A stretch of 30,415 bases of DNA from a virus (lineage: Duplodnaviria > Caudoviricetes), in IMG/VR virus record IMGVR_UViG_3300012667_000616, positions 1-30,415 of that record. One strand, written 5' to 3'. Of this stretch, positions 7,558-18,186 are shown piece after piece. Both the position numbers and the translations under genes were made by a program. A model generated the notes under the pieces. The model had not been told where the DNA came from, made no database searches, and saw only the letters and a program-made list of their open reading frames with translations. The first letter of the stretch is position 1. Each line of letters opens with the position of its first letter.

Positions 7558-9609
7558 ATGAGAATTGGCGACACCATTGATCCCCGGTTGAGCGCGGTTG
7601 ACTACTCCGCGTTTCTGAATGCGAACGCCCGCGCAACGCAAAGCATTGGGCAAAGCATCGGATCGGCAATCGGAGCGGTTCAAGACGTTGTTGAGACACG
7701 CAAGAAGAACAAGGATACAGTGAAAGTGTCATCCGACAAGATCGACGCCGCGATCAAGCTTTTCGGGGACCAAGGCGGATACCTAACGGGAATCCGCGAG
7801 TCACTGGAGGACGAGGACACCCCGCTTTCCCAGCGTGCCGCGCTTGGCGGGCAGATTGACGAAATGCTTAATCTTGGGATTGACAAGATGCGGAATGACG
7901 CGCTGATGGACATTCAAGAGCGGCAAGTCACGGTTCAAGAAGGCGAATTTGAAATGCGCAAGCGCGCTGCCGAGTTCCAGCTTGGCACAGCGGAAGAAGC
8001 CCGCGCAGAGCAAGAGCGAATCACCGAGTTCACCGCTCGCCCGATCCTCGAAAACGTCTTGCGCCAAACTCAAGAGGCGGAAGCACGCGGGGAAAGCCCG
8101 CTTATCCCATCAGAAAAACTCAAGCTGGCATTCATGAAATCGCCGAAGGAGCAGTCGCAGATTGCCGCGACGGCTTACCAAGGGCTTCCCAAGCCCCAGC
8201 CGGTTGAGCTTCGGGACATTGAGTTTACCCGCGACGGGCAGGCGATGAAGGGGACGGCGGTTTTCGACCCGAAAGCGGGTGCATTCCAGCTTGTTCCGAT
8301 TCAAGACCCGACCGCTGCCGCTGTCATCGAAACGCTTCCGCAAGGATTGGAGCCATATATCGGGGGCTTCGAAGCGGCAGGCGCGAAATACGGCGTTGAC
8401 CCGAAAGTTCTGGCGGCGATTTCCATGCACGAAACCGCCAACGGAACATCCTCCGCGTTCCGCAACAAGTCGAACGCGATGGGCATTTCCAACGCTTCCG
8501 GCCCGGTCGAAATGGAGAGTGTCGCCGCTTCGATTGACAAGATGGCAAGGCTTCTTGGGTCTACGCAATCGGGACCATACAAGAACGCTCAGACGATTGA
8601 GGAAATTGCCAAGATTTACGCGCCGATTGGAGCTGGCAACGACCCACGCGGGCTTAACAAGCATTGGGTGCAAGGTGTCAAGAAGAACATCGAAAAGCTC
8701 GGCGGAAACCCCGCTGCGCCCGTGCGGATTCAGCCCGGTGCGGGATCAGGGCCTTACGGGAAACGTCCTGATGGGACGGACAAGGGATCTGGTTGGCTAG
8801 GCGAGCTACGGTTGCCGGGTGGTGGAGTCGCGACCGAATACACGATGCAATCTGATGCGGTGAAAGGACCGGACGGGAAGCGTGTTGACTTCCCTACGTT
8901 GGTGCCTACTCTTACAAGGGGGGAAATTGACATGATGGTCAACGACATCATTCCAAATCAAAAAGAAATCCCAGAGCCAATTATTCAAAAAGCCATTGAT
9001 CACGCAAAATCAAAAATAGCATCCGGGAGAAGTGTGTTTGCCCCTCCGACAATTTCGGGCGGTTACGCCGGTTCTGGCATCCAACCGGGCGCTCCAAAAG
9101 CAACGATTACCAAGACCCCGACCGAGCAGGCTATCGACGAGGCCAAGCTGGCGAAGACCAAGGCGGAAGCGGCGGCGGCGGAAAAGACCGCCACGGCAGA
9201 AGCGGGCAAGGCGAAGGCCAAAGCCGACCGGCTTGCGCAGGTTGAAAGCAAGTTCCTGACCAAAGACGGAAAGCCTTCCGATCTTCTACGCAACGCCACA
9301 GGAATCGGCGAGGGCGCGGCATCATTCATGCGGATGAACGCGCCGGAAACGAGGGCAAACCAGAAGGAGCTTGAGCTTGAGCTTTTGGAAACCGACCTTT
9401 TGGAAGCGGCGAAAGACCTCAAGCCTGTTTCGGAAGACGAAATGAAGCAGCTCATGGCCCGCCGTCCGAAGCTTACCGACTCGCCAGAAGAATGGGCTTG
9501 GTTTATCAAGCGCGCTCGCGGCATTCTTGAGTCAGGACAGGCGCAAACGCCATCCGCCAATCCGACACAAGACGAAACGAGCCGCTTGCGCGGAATGCTT
9601 GGACGATGA
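7558..9609 (+). CDS. Ejection protein with a lysozyme-like (GH73 glucosaminidase-like) domain and a second inserted domain
   Basis: FEAAGAKYGVDPKVLAAISMHET...NAMGI...IAKIYAP...NKHW motif at about 8335-8700. Confidence 0.75.
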   Translation: MRIGDTIDPRLSAVDYSAFLNANARATQSIGQSIGSAIGAVQDVVETRKKNKDTVKVSSDKIDAAIKLFGDQGGYLTGIRESLEDEDTPLSQRAALGGQIDEMLNLGIDKMRNDALMDIQERQVTVQEGEFEMRKRAAEFQLGTAEEARAEQERITEFTARPILENVLRQTQEAEARGESPLIPSEKLKLAFMKSPKEQSQIAATAYQGLPKPQPVELRDIEFTRDGQAMKGTAVFDPKAGAFQLVPIQDPTAAAVIETLPQGLEPYIGGFEAAGAKYGVDPKVLAAISMHETANGTSSAFRNKSNAMGISNASGPVEMESVAASIDKMARLLGSTQSGPYKNAQTIEEIAKIYAPIGAGNDPRGLNKHWVQGVKKNIEKLGGNPAAPVRIQPGAGSGPYGKRPDGTDKGSGWLGELRLPGGGVATEYTMQSDAVKGPDGKRVDFPTLVPTLTRGEIDMMVNDIIPNQKEIPEPIIQKAIDHAKSKIASGRSVFAPPTISGGYAGSGIQPGAPKATITKTPTEQAIDEAKLAKTKAEAAAAEKTATAEAGKAKAKADRLAQVESKFLTKDGKPSDLLRNATGIGEGAASFMRMNAPETRANQKELELELLETDLLEAAKDLKPVSEDEMKQLMARRPKLTDSPEEWAWFIKRARGILESGQAQTPSANPTQDETSRLRGMLGR

Positions 9610-12600
9610 CACCCGAAGTCAACAAATTCGCCGCGCAGGTTGCAAAAGGACACGTTGCGCGGTTGGCGGAGCGCGGGGCGAAGCTTGGACCGATTCAGAC
9701 CGAGGAAGACCTTTTTGCGCGGGGATACATCGGCGAAGACGGTCAAGCGACCGACGAAGGCAGTCAGTTCCTAGCTTTGCAGGACGCGGGTATTTTCGAC
9801 GCCAAGGGGCAATTATCACTAAAGGGCGAGGCATTCATCATGCCCACTGAAGACTTGGAAACGGAGGACAAGCTTCCGCATTACATCATGGCGCGAACGG
9901 AGGGGTTGCTTGATCCACCCGAAACGTCATTTGGCGACGCTGCCGGCGCGGTTGGTGAAATGCTGTGGGATGCCGGCGCGGGGTTGCTTAAAGAAATTGA
10001 CGCCAGCTTTTTCCCGTCGGAGAAGAAATCCGCAGAGTCTCAAATTCGGCTCAGGTCGGCGGCGGTTGAATCGGTCAAAGGATCGGCAATGCTTGGCGCT
10101 GGCATCGCCGAAACACTCGCAACCGGAATCAAAATCAACGGCAAGCAAGTCATCCCGGGGATGCTTGACCAGCAAGAAGACCAGCTTGCATATTTTGCCG
10201 CGCAACAAAAGGTGGCGAGGGCAAAACGCGAAATCCAAGACTTTTCAGAAGCGACCGCAACCGCGGCGATTGTTGGATCAATGGATGTTGTCAACGAGCT
10301 TGAGTCCGAAGCTGCAAAACGAATCCAGCAAATCGGACCAGACGCGGCGGCGGCAGCGGTCAAAGAAGGCGCAGGGATTGGCACCATTCTCACGCCGGAT
10401 TCAATGCTTACAGCGGGGACGGGATTCTTTGTTTCAAAAGCCGCGCAAGGACCAACTCTGGCCGCTAGGCTTTCTGCTAAGGTGACGGCAGCAAAAACCG
10501 CAGGCACAGCCGCGGAAGTGGCTGCAAATTCGGCTCAAATAGCGGGAAATAACGTCAAGCGACTTGCGGAAATTGCGGCGAATTCATCAAAACAAGCCGA
10601 TGATTTGGCGGCGATTGGCGACATTCCGGCATCTATTGCGGCGAGGACCACGGCGGAAGCAGCAGGGGCAAGGGCTCAATCCCTAACGAGCGAAGCGGCA
10701 AGGCTTCAGCTTGAAGCGGCAAACAAGGCCAAGCTAGCTGAGGGTCTGGTCAAGAAATCCGGCGGAGCGGAACGTGCGCTTGATTCGCTAAATGCGGTCC
10801 ATCAAGCGAAGGCTATTCCCGCAAACGTCGTTGCCGCCGCCGCCGATAAGGTTGGCGATTTCCTGATTCGGTCGGACGAGCTTTTGCAATCGGCGCTTGA
10901 AAACATCGGGTTTAACGAGGCGACGCGAGGCACGATCAAGGGCGCAATGGTAACAGCTGGCATTGCGTTTCCCGGGGCGGCATCCATTGGCGCTGCACTA
11001 GCATCGGGACCGCTTGTTAAAAACATCGGCAACCTCGCGCGCATGATTGGCAAGGAGCAGCTTGCCGCACGGGGAAGCCTGCCGTTTTGGCGCAGGGTTT
11101 CTCAGAATGCCGGCGCTACGCCATTCACGCGAGGGACAGCGCGCTTTCTCGACTCCGCGACGCTTGGCGGAAAAGCCATGGCACCAGTCCGCATTGCCGG
11201 CCAAACAGCAAAGGGCGTCGGAGCGTCAATCCCGATGGATGTTGGTTTTGAGGTTTTGGCAGAAGGCGGGAACATTTCGGCTAACACAATAAATCAAGGA
11301 GTTGCCGAAAGCCTTGTTTTCGCGGGGACCGGCGGCGCGATGGGATCGCTTGTCTCAGCCCCGTTGCGCGCCAAGCAGCGGCAGCAAATGGGCGATGTAA
11401 TGAACTTCCGTGCTGAGATTCTCGACGACGCATCCCGCCCGGTTTTCGACGGTATGTCCAAAGGGTCTCAGCGGACGCTTGCCACTTACGCGGCGACCAA
11501 TCCGTCGCTCAACATTAAGATTTCATCTGAAGGCCCGAACAAATACGACGCGAAGCTAAACACTGCTTTTGTTAACGTCAAATCCCCGGGATGGATTCGC
11601 CCGCTTGTCGCGCATGAGGTGATGCACCATGTGATCGTCAAGGGGCAGATGAAAGACGGCATTCAAGCTTGGCTTGTCGGAACCCCCGACACTGGCGGAT
11701 TGCTTCGATCTAAAGACGGGAAGCTCGATCCGACATTTGAGGCCGCGATGAGTGCTTACAACCGGCGACTAGAGCAGGAAGGCAAGATTCCGCTTTCGGT
11801 TGAGGACTTCGCGGAGGAGTATTTTATCGAGTCCGCGGTTGATGATTTTGTTGGAATGGCGGATTCTGGCGAGCTATCCAAGCTTGCGGCGCGCTCCCCG
11901 CTTGAGCGGTTGGTCGGCGACACCGCGCGAATCCTAATTCCCAAAATCCCGCTCATTCGCGACATCGCGGTAAAGCTTGGCGGGGCATACGACAATTCAG
12001 GCAAAATGGTTCAAGGGAATGGACTTCTTGCTGATGGTGTCCGCGAGCTACCCGGCGCGAAAGCCATGATCCGTCAAATGGTCCGCATTTCCGCGGGCGA
12101 AACAACCATTGAACAGGGCGGAACCAGAAAAAGAGGCGGGGCGGATGAAGAGAGGGGACCGGGAATTCCGCTCAATCTGCTAAAGAACAACCCAGCGCTT
12201 GCCGAATCCAATTTTTCGGTTTTTCAGTTTGACGAAACGGGAAATCTGAAAACGGACAAAGACGGAGTCCCTTTGTTCATCACTAAAGAACAAGACATTC
12301 AGCGCCAACTTGGCGGAATCGCGGTTGCAGAGTATTACACCGAAAAAGTCAAGCAAGGAAATCTTTTGCCGGGAGAGCTTTCGCCGCAACCAGACGGAAC
12401 GTGGGAGGGCGCGTGGATCGACAACAAGGCAATTGACGCGTTGGCGAAATCGGGTGTTTTCGACCAACGGAGCATCCGCCACCTCAGGCTGATGAACGCG
12501 GCGGCCAAGAAGCCGGACGGGTCAACATTTATGGGTGTAAATCACCCGGCAACGATTAAGCGTCCCGGCAAGCGGGCTGAATACGGGACACTTTCAGCCA

Positions 12601-13085
12601 CGTTCCGCGAGTTTGCGGTCAATGGCATCAAGATCGGGAAAAAGGGACAAATCCTAGTTGGCCTGATGAGCGTGAATCAGCTTATGCAAAACGTGGAGGC
12701 GCGCGCTAATAGCACCCGCGGAAAAAAGCTTTACAACGGCAACCAGCTTGAAATTATCAAGGACGTTGAAAGCGTCGCCAAGCTCCATTTGCAAAACCTG
12801 CCAACTGATGATTTTTTCCGCGAGAAATACGGACCACAAGGCCAAGAGCGAAAGAATTTCATCAACACCGTTCTTGGGCTGATGACGAAAGAGCAACAAA
12901 ACATCAATCCGATGTTCTTGGAAGACAACGTAAAAAGCGGAGGGGTGTTTCGCACTTACCGACTTGACCGCATGTCACAAGTAACGAAAGTTCAGGGGGG
13001 AATCACGATGCCGGTGGGGTATGAGCACGTTAAAGCGAACTTTTTCCCGAATGGCTTGCCGGAAACCCCCCAAGAAAATGAGTGA
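9606..13085 (+). CDS. Large ejection / internal virion protein with an HExxH motif
   Basis: 1159 aa, A/G-rich; AHEVMHH at about 11610 and downstream FAEEYF. Confidence 0.7.
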   Translation: MTPEVNKFAAQVAKGHVARLAERGAKLGPIQTEEDLFARGYIGEDGQATDEGSQFLALQDAGIFDAKGQLSLKGEAFIMPTEDLETEDKLPHYIMARTEGLLDPPETSFGDAAGAVGEMLWDAGAGLLKEIDASFFPSEKKSAESQIRLRSAAVESVKGSAMLGAGIAETLATGIKINGKQVIPGMLDQQEDQLAYFAAQQKVARAKREIQDFSEATATAAIVGSMDVVNELESEAAKRIQQIGPDAAAAAVKEGAGIGTILTPDSMLTAGTGFFVSKAAQGPTLAARLSAKVTAAKTAGTAAEVAANSAQIAGNNVKRLAEIAANSSKQADDLAAIGDIPASIAARTTAEAAGARAQSLTSEAARLQLEAANKAKLAEGLVKKSGGAERALDSLNAVHQAKAIPANVVAAAADKVGDFLIRSDELLQSALENIGFNEATRGTIKGAMVTAGIAFPGAASIGAALASGPLVKNIGNLARMIGKEQLAARGSLPFWRRVSQNAGATPFTRGTARFLDSATLGGKAMAPVRIAGQTAKGVGASIPMDVGFEVLAEGGNISANTINQGVAESLVFAGTGGAMGSLVSAPLRAKQRQQMGDVMNFRAEILDDASRPVFDGMSKGSQRTLATYAATNPSLNIKISSEGPNKYDAKLNTAFVNVKSPGWIRPLVAHEVMHHVIVKGQMKDGIQAWLVGTPDTGGLLRSKDGKLDPTFEAAMSAYNRRLEQEGKIPLSVEDFAEEYFIESAVDDFVGMADSGELSKLAARSPLERLVGDTARILIPKIPLIRDIAVKLGGAYDNSGKMVQGNGLLADGVRELPGAKAMIRQMVRISAGETTIEQGGTRKRGGADEERGPGIPLNLLKNNPALAESNFSVFQFDETGNLKTDKDGVPLFITKEQDIQRQLGGIAVAEYYTEKVKQGNLLPGELSPQPDGTWEGAWIDNKAIDALAKSGVFDQRSIRHLRLMNAAAKKPDGSTFMGVNHPATIKRPGKRAEYGTLSATFREFAVNGIKIGKKGQILVGLMSVNQLMQNVEARANSTRGKKLYNGNQLEIIKDVESVAKLHLQNLPTDDFFREKYGPQGQERKNFINTVLGLMTKEQQNINPMFLEDNVKSGGVFRTYRLDRMSQVTKVQGGITMPVGYEHVKANFFPNGLPETPQENE

Positions 13086-13674
13086 CCGCAAAATGCAAGA
13101 CGTTGAACCCGTCTTTACGGAAGAGCTACAAGAGTTCGCGGTTATCATCGCCGAACGGGGGCGAGACAAGCCCAATAGCGCCATTGAGCGGAAGAATCCG
13201 ATGCTTGCCGCGATGGTCCTTGAAATGCGGGCGCGGTCTGTCCCCATGCGGAAGATCAAAGCCGAGACCGGCGTTGACTTCGCCGCGCAGATTCGGCTTG
13301 AGCGCGCCCACGCGGAGCCGATGGAGAAATGGAGAAAGCGGGCGGCGGAAGCCATGGCGCACACCTCCGACCTTGCGCGAAACGTCCTCAACGAAAAGCT
13401 CCACATGCTGCTTGACGACGAGGAGTCGCTCAGATCGACCCGCGTTTCGGAAATCGCCGTTGCAATGGGCGTTTCGACTGATAAAACGATGGCGCTGTCC
13501 GGCATTCCGTCCATGACCATCGAACACAAGAAAGGCGCTTCCCTTGACGATGCGCGGAAGATGATCGAAGCGGCCAAGCAGAAAGTCGCCGAACGGTTGC
13601 GCGGCGATGCTATAGAGGCGACGGTAATTGAAGGTCCAAGCGCGGGCGCGTATTTTGCAAGGGGGGCGGACTAA
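13078..13674 (+). CDS. terS: Probable terminase small subunit
   Basis: Directly upstream of and TAATG-coupled to terL; HTH-like segment plus helical oligomerisation-like region; start moved to ATG 13078. Confidence 0.55.
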   Translation: MSDRKMQDVEPVFTEELQEFAVIIAERGRDKPNSAIERKNPMLAAMVLEMRARSVPMRKIKAETGVDFAAQIRLERAHAEPMEKWRKRAAEAMAHTSDLARNVLNEKLHMLLDDEESLRSTRVSEIAVAMGVSTDKTMALSGIPSMTIEHKKGASLDDARKMIEAAKQKVAERLRGDAIEATVIEGPSAGAYFARGAD

Positions 13675-15677
13675 TGATTACCTTTGCCGAGCATCCAATC
13701 CTCAAGCCGCCAACGGACGAGGAATTGGCAGCGATGGAACCGGAAGAGCTTATCGAGCTTCACCGGGTTTATCATGAGGCACTTGCTAACGCGCAATCAG
13801 ACCCTTACCGCTACGGATTCAAGCCCGACAACTGGAACAAGGCGGGCGAGCTTTGGGATGACTTTAACGAGTTGCTTGTGCTAGGTGGAAACCGCTGCTT
13901 GGCACCGGATCAAGAAATCTTTGACCCGGTTGCCAAGGTATCGCGCCCCGTCAGTCAGATTGACGGGCCATTTCACGTTTGGGCGTGGGATGGTCAACGA
14001 AAAGTGGTAGCTTTTGCTGAGAAGCCATTTCGGAAGCCTCAAGCAGAGATTTTCCGAGTTTCTTTAGATAACGGCGAAGCTCTGAGTTGTTCAGCGGCTC
14101 ACTTGCTCCTGACTCCCGACGGATGGAAGCCTTTAGGTGCGCTCTCGCCCGGCGATGCTCTGGTGAGTTCCGAGCCCGAATCTAGAACCGTTAGAATTTC
14201 ATGGATTGGACACCTCCGAACGGATTGGGTGTGGGATTTTACCGTTCCCACATACGAGAATTACGTCGCGGCTGGCGTCGTTTCCCACAATTCATCGAAA
14301 ACCCGCTTTGGCGCATGGGCGGTTGTCAAAGCCGCCATAGAAAACCCCGGCAGCATCATCTATTGCTTTTGCCAAAACGCGGAGGCGTCGGAAAAGCTGC
14401 AGCAGCCCGCCGTTTACGAATGGTTGCCGTCCGAATACAAGGCGAAGCAAACCAGCGAATCGGCTTACATTAGCTTTTCGCAGAAGAACGGATTCACGGG
14501 CGGCGACTTCATCTTGCCTAACGGAAGCCGCGTCATCTTCAAGACCTACACACAGTATTTGCAAAACCCGACGATTCTGGAAGGCGCGGAACTAGGAAGC
14601 CGGTCGCCCGAATGGCAGAATATTGGGGTTTGGCTCGACGAGTATCTTGTTGGACCCGAGCTGATTTCAACGCTCCGATTCCGACTTGCGACCCGTAACG
14701 CGAAGATGCTTGTTACGTTCACCCCGATTGACGGTTGGACGGAAGTAATCAAGGACTTCCTCGACGGCGCGGCGACACTTGAGCGCAAGCCTGCCGAACT
14801 GCTACAGGGGGAGCTTGTCCCGTTCATCCAAAAGAGCAAGAACCGCAGCGCGGGCATCATTTACTTTCATTCGCAAGACAACCCATTTGGCGGTTACGAG
14901 CGGATCAAGAAAGACCTTGCCGGACGGTCCCGCGAGGACATCCTCATTCGCGCCTATGGCGTGCCAGTCAAGTCCGCCGCAACCAAATTTCCCAAGTTCT
15001 CAACAGACACAAACGTCATCCCGCACGACAAGATTCCGACCGAGAATGTCTCACGGTTTCAGATCATTGACCCATCGGGCAGCAAGAACTGGTTTTGCGT
15101 ATGGATCGCCGTTGACATTACCGGCACGTATTACGTTTACCGTGAATGGCCGGGTGTCAACGTCGGTGATTGGGCCGAGTGGAGAAGCGGGAAATGGATG
15201 CCGGGCGAGGGGGCGAAGGGGCTTGGCTACGGCATCCGGGATTACGTCGATTTGTTCTTGTCCATGGAGGGCGGCGAAAAGATCGAAGAAAGACTAATCG
15301 ACCCGCGACTTGGGGCGGCGAAATACACCGCAAACGACCACGCCAGCAGCATCATTGAGGACTTGGCGGATCAAGACTTCATTTGCATCCCAGCGCCCGG
15401 ATTGGAGATCGACGACGGACTGCAAGCTCTCATTTCAAAGATGAGCTATGACACCTCAAGGCCGCTCGACGCGATGAACCGTCCGCGATTCTACATTTCA
15501 GAACATTGCGACAATACGATTCGCGCACTTGGGGAATACACGGCGGAAGCAGGGCTGAAAGAGGCGTGGAAAGACCCGATTGATTGCCTCCGATATGCTT
15601 GCGTTTCCAATATCGAGCATTTCGACGGGTCCGCCCGATGCACTGTGCAAAGGACATCGAAAGTTGGCGGGTATTGA
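13674..15677 (+). CDS. terL: Terminase large subunit interrupted by an intein
   Basis: Walker A GGNR/SSKT, Walker B VWLDE, motif III VTFTP, RNase H-like IIDPS and DPIDCLRY. Confidence 0.95.
   Translation: MITFAEHPILKPPTDEELAAMEPEELIELHRVYHEALANAQSDPYRYGFKPDNWNKAGELWDDFNELLVLGGNRCLAPDQEIFDPVAKVSRPVSQIDGPFHVWAWDGQRKVVAFAEKPFRKPQAEIFRVSLDNGEALSCSAAHLLLTPDGWKPLGALSPGDALVSSEPESRTVRISWIGHLRTDWVWDFTVPTYENYVAAGVVSHNSSKTRFGAWAVVKAAIENPGSIIYCFCQNAEASEKLQQPAVYEWLPSEYKAKQTSESAYISFSQKNGFTGGDFILPNGSRVIFKTYTQYLQNPTILEGAELGSRSPEWQNIGVWLDEYLVGPELISTLRFRLATRNAKMLVTFTPIDGWTEVIKDFLDGAATLERKPAELLQGELVPFIQKSKNRSAGIIYFHSQDNPFGGYERIKKDLAGRSREDILIRAYGVPVKSAATKFPKFSTDTNVIPHDKIPTENVSRFQIIDPSGSKNWFCVWIAVDITGTYYVYREWPGVNVGDWAEWRSGKWMPGEGAKGLGYGIRDYVDLFLSMEGGEKIEERLIDPRLGAAKYTANDHASSIIEDLADQDFICIPAPGLEIDDGLQALISKMSYDTSRPLDAMNRPRFYISEHCDNTIRALGEYTAEAGLKEAWKDPIDCLRYACVSNIEHFDGSARCTVQRTSKVGGY
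13896..14291 (+). mobile_element. Mini-intein (132 aa) in the TerL P-loop
   Basis: Begins CLAPDQ; block B SAAHLLLT; block F VWDFTVP; ends SHN followed by Ser+1; no endonuclease domain. Confidence 0.92.
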
Positions 15678-15712
15678 CTTCCAAACAACCGGACATTACA
15701 ACCATAGAACCA

Positions 15713-16096
15713 ATGAAGGCAGACTTTCAGGGAATCAAGCAATCCGAGCTTGCAGATACAACCGGCGCGAAGCATGACACGCTTAAGCGGTTTCGGGACC
15801 GCGAGCTAAAGCGTGGCGAGGACTGGGACAAGGACGGAGCGATTGTCTATTGGACCCACGAATCAGCCGCCCGGTTTAAGGAGAAATACGAACGACCGGA
15901 GCCAGAGCAAGAGCCAGACCTTGACCTGCAAACGGCGCTTGTAAAGCGGCTCCCGAAAAACTCCGCGTTCGTGGAAATTGCGCTTGATGGGGTTTGCGTT
16001 CCGGTTCGCATTCGCAAGGGCGCGGGCAAGCGACTCCTTGGCCGGGTGATTCGATTTGCGGAAGACGAAGACGGCAACTTTTACCACGTTCCATAA
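15713..16096 (+). CDS. Hypothetical protein between terL and portal
   Basis: ATG 15713 follows TTGACT-17 nt-TACAAC; TAATG coupling to portal. Confidence 0.7.
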   Translation: MKADFQGIKQSELADTTGAKHDTLKRFRDRELKRGEDWDKDGAIVYWTHESAARFKEKYERPEPEQEPDLDLQTALVKRLPKNSAFVEIALDGVCVPVRIRKGAGKRLLGRVIRFAEDEDGNFYHVP

Positions 16097-18186
16097 TGCA
16101 AGAAGAAAAAGAAGAATTGATTTACGCGGAAGAAGAGCCAGACATCGGCTTTCTTGCGACGGCTTACACCCGGACAATCCGCGACCTTGACACGTTCTTT
16201 TTTCAGTGTCGCCAAAACTACGAAGACCGGCGTTGCATGTGGCAAGGGAAGTCTGAAGACCTGCGCAAGAACGCGCCCGACGCTTTCCCGTGGCAAGGGG
16301 CCAGCGACCAAGAAGCGCAGATCATCGCGGAGCGTGTTGACACTTACGTTGCATTGTTCATGCAGGCACTCAAGCGCTCCCACATCAAGGCATTCCCAAC
16401 CAAAATGGAAGCGATGCCACGCGCCGCGGTGGTGTCCGCGTTTCTTAAATACATGATGGCGACTTACATTCGGGGGTTTTACTCCGAAATGGAGCGTTGC
16501 GCGAACTTCGGGCTTGAGAAAGGCTTGATGGTTTCTTACGTCGGATGGCAGAAAGAAAGCCGGACGTTCCTGCAAGACATGAGCCTTGAGGAAATCGGGC
16601 AAATGGCTCCCGAGCTTGTGGACATCATCAACGGCGGTGAGGACGACGAGGCGCTTGCCGGCTTGCTTCAGCAGATGTTCCCCGGTCTCTCAACCAAGCG
16701 AGCCAAGCGCGGCATCAAGGACTTGCGGAACAAGGGAACCGCAACACTTTCCGTCTCCCGGCTCTCCGTCAATCGACCGACAGTAGAGGCGTGCTTGCCC
16801 GATGGCGAGGTTTTCTTCCCGTCGTGGTGCAGCGACGCGCAACGTGCGCCTTACGTTTTTTGGCGGAAGCTGATGACCGCGCAGGAAATCGAAAAGAAAG
16901 TCACCGCTTCCGGCTGGGATCGTGAATGGGCGGATTACGTGGTTGATCATCTAGGCGGACAGGGGACGCAAGAGCTATTGATTGATTCCGAATACCTCAC
17001 CCGCAGCACGAATCACCACCCGACGACGTTTTCGGACAACCAAGAGCTTTACCTTGTGGTCTTCGCCTACCAGCGGCTTATTGACGAGGAAGACGGCAGC
17101 GAAGGAATCTATTGCACCGCGTTCTCCCCGTTCTTCGATGGGGCGGCGCAACCGGGAATACAACCATACGCCAAACGCGAATTGCTTAACGGGTATGATG
17201 ATTACCCGTTTGTCGTAACCAAGGTTCAAGAGGATAACAAGCGGCTTTACGATACCGTTGCCATCCCGGAGAAGCTTCGCGGAATTCAATGGGAAGTGAA
17301 GGCACAACGCGACGCCCGCATTGACCGCGCCGGATTGACGACCTGCCCGCCGCGTGAAGGCCCGCTCGGCAAAGCCCCGCCCGATTGGGGTCCGGGACGA
17401 TACATCGGAGTTCGTCGACGCGGCGAGGTTGGTTACGTTGAAATCCCTCGGGGCGACGCAACGTCAAACGAGGTTGAAATGACACTTCTTGCCCAAGCAG
17501 ATAAGATCGTCGGGCTTGACTACAACATCCCAAACGCCCCAATCCGGCAACAGTTCTACGTTGACAAGATGCTAGAACACGCCAAGGAAGTCCTCAAGAT
17601 GGCTTACAAGGCGTTTCAGCGTTTCGGGCCGGATGAGGTGTTTTTCAACGTCACCGGCTTTCCTGACCCGGTGACGCTCGACAATATCGACGAGGAGGAT
17701 TTTAACATTACCATCAATTTCGACACGCTTTCCAACGACCCGGAGACCATGAAGGCGCGGGCGGAACAGATGGCGAGCCTGATGCAATTCGACACTTCCG
17801 GCAGGCTCGACAAGGGGAAATTCATGGAGTTTATTGCCATGAGTATCGACCCCGCGTTTGCCGATTACATCCTGCTTCCGGCAGAGGAAAATCAGCAGAA
17901 GATGGCGAAGGAAATCACTAATGACCTAACCAAGATTTTCAGCGGCATCGAAGTCCCGGCGCAACCCAATGGTGCTCAATTCGCTATGCAGCTTATTCAG
18001 GCTTACTCGCAGCAACCAGACGTTGCGCAGCGCGCGCAAAATGACGAGGCGTTTGCTACACGCTTGCAGAAATACGCGGAACAGTATCAATTCCAGCTTC
18101 AGCAGGCGCAAAACGCGCAGATTGGCCGAATCGGGACCGCCCCGGCTCAAATGGGCGGCGTCCAAACGCAAGGAATGAACCAATGA
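16096..18186 (+). CDS. Portal protein
   Basis: About 696 aa after the terminase; N-terminal FPWQGASD motif; Q-rich C-terminal helical region; start moved to ATG 16096. Confidence 0.85.
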   Translation: MQEEKEELIYAEEEPDIGFLATAYTRTIRDLDTFFFQCRQNYEDRRCMWQGKSEDLRKNAPDAFPWQGASDQEAQIIAERVDTYVALFMQALKRSHIKAFPTKMEAMPRAAVVSAFLKYMMATYIRGFYSEMERCANFGLEKGLMVSYVGWQKESRTFLQDMSLEEIGQMAPELVDIINGGEDDEALAGLLQQMFPGLSTKRAKRGIKDLRNKGTATLSVSRLSVNRPTVEACLPDGEVFFPSWCSDAQRAPYVFWRKLMTAQEIEKKVTASGWDREWADYVVDHLGGQGTQELLIDSEYLTRSTNHHPTTFSDNQELYLVVFAYQRLIDEEDGSEGIYCTAFSPFFDGAAQPGIQPYAKRELLNGYDDYPFVVTKVQEDNKRLYDTVAIPEKLRGIQWEVKAQRDARIDRAGLTTCPPREGPLGKAPPDWGPGRYIGVRRRGEVGYVEIPRGDATSNEVEMTLLAQADKIVGLDYNIPNAPIRQQFYVDKMLEHAKEVLKMAYKAFQRFGPDEVFFNVTGFPDPVTLDNIDEEDFNITINFDTLSNDPETMKARAEQMASLMQFDTSGRLDKGKFMEFIAMSIDPAFADYILLPAEENQQKMAKEITNDLTKIFSGIEVPAQPNGAQFAMQLIQAYSQQPDVAQRAQNDEAFATRLQKYAEQYQFQLQQAQNAQIGRIGTAPAQMGGVQTQGMNQ

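Noticed and set aside
15994-16095. Upstream extensions of ORF-track calls (portal, terS, SSB-like, 21764, 26308, 27171, 28061)
   Set aside because: They overlap neighbouring genes, promoters or terminators; downstream coupled starts fit better
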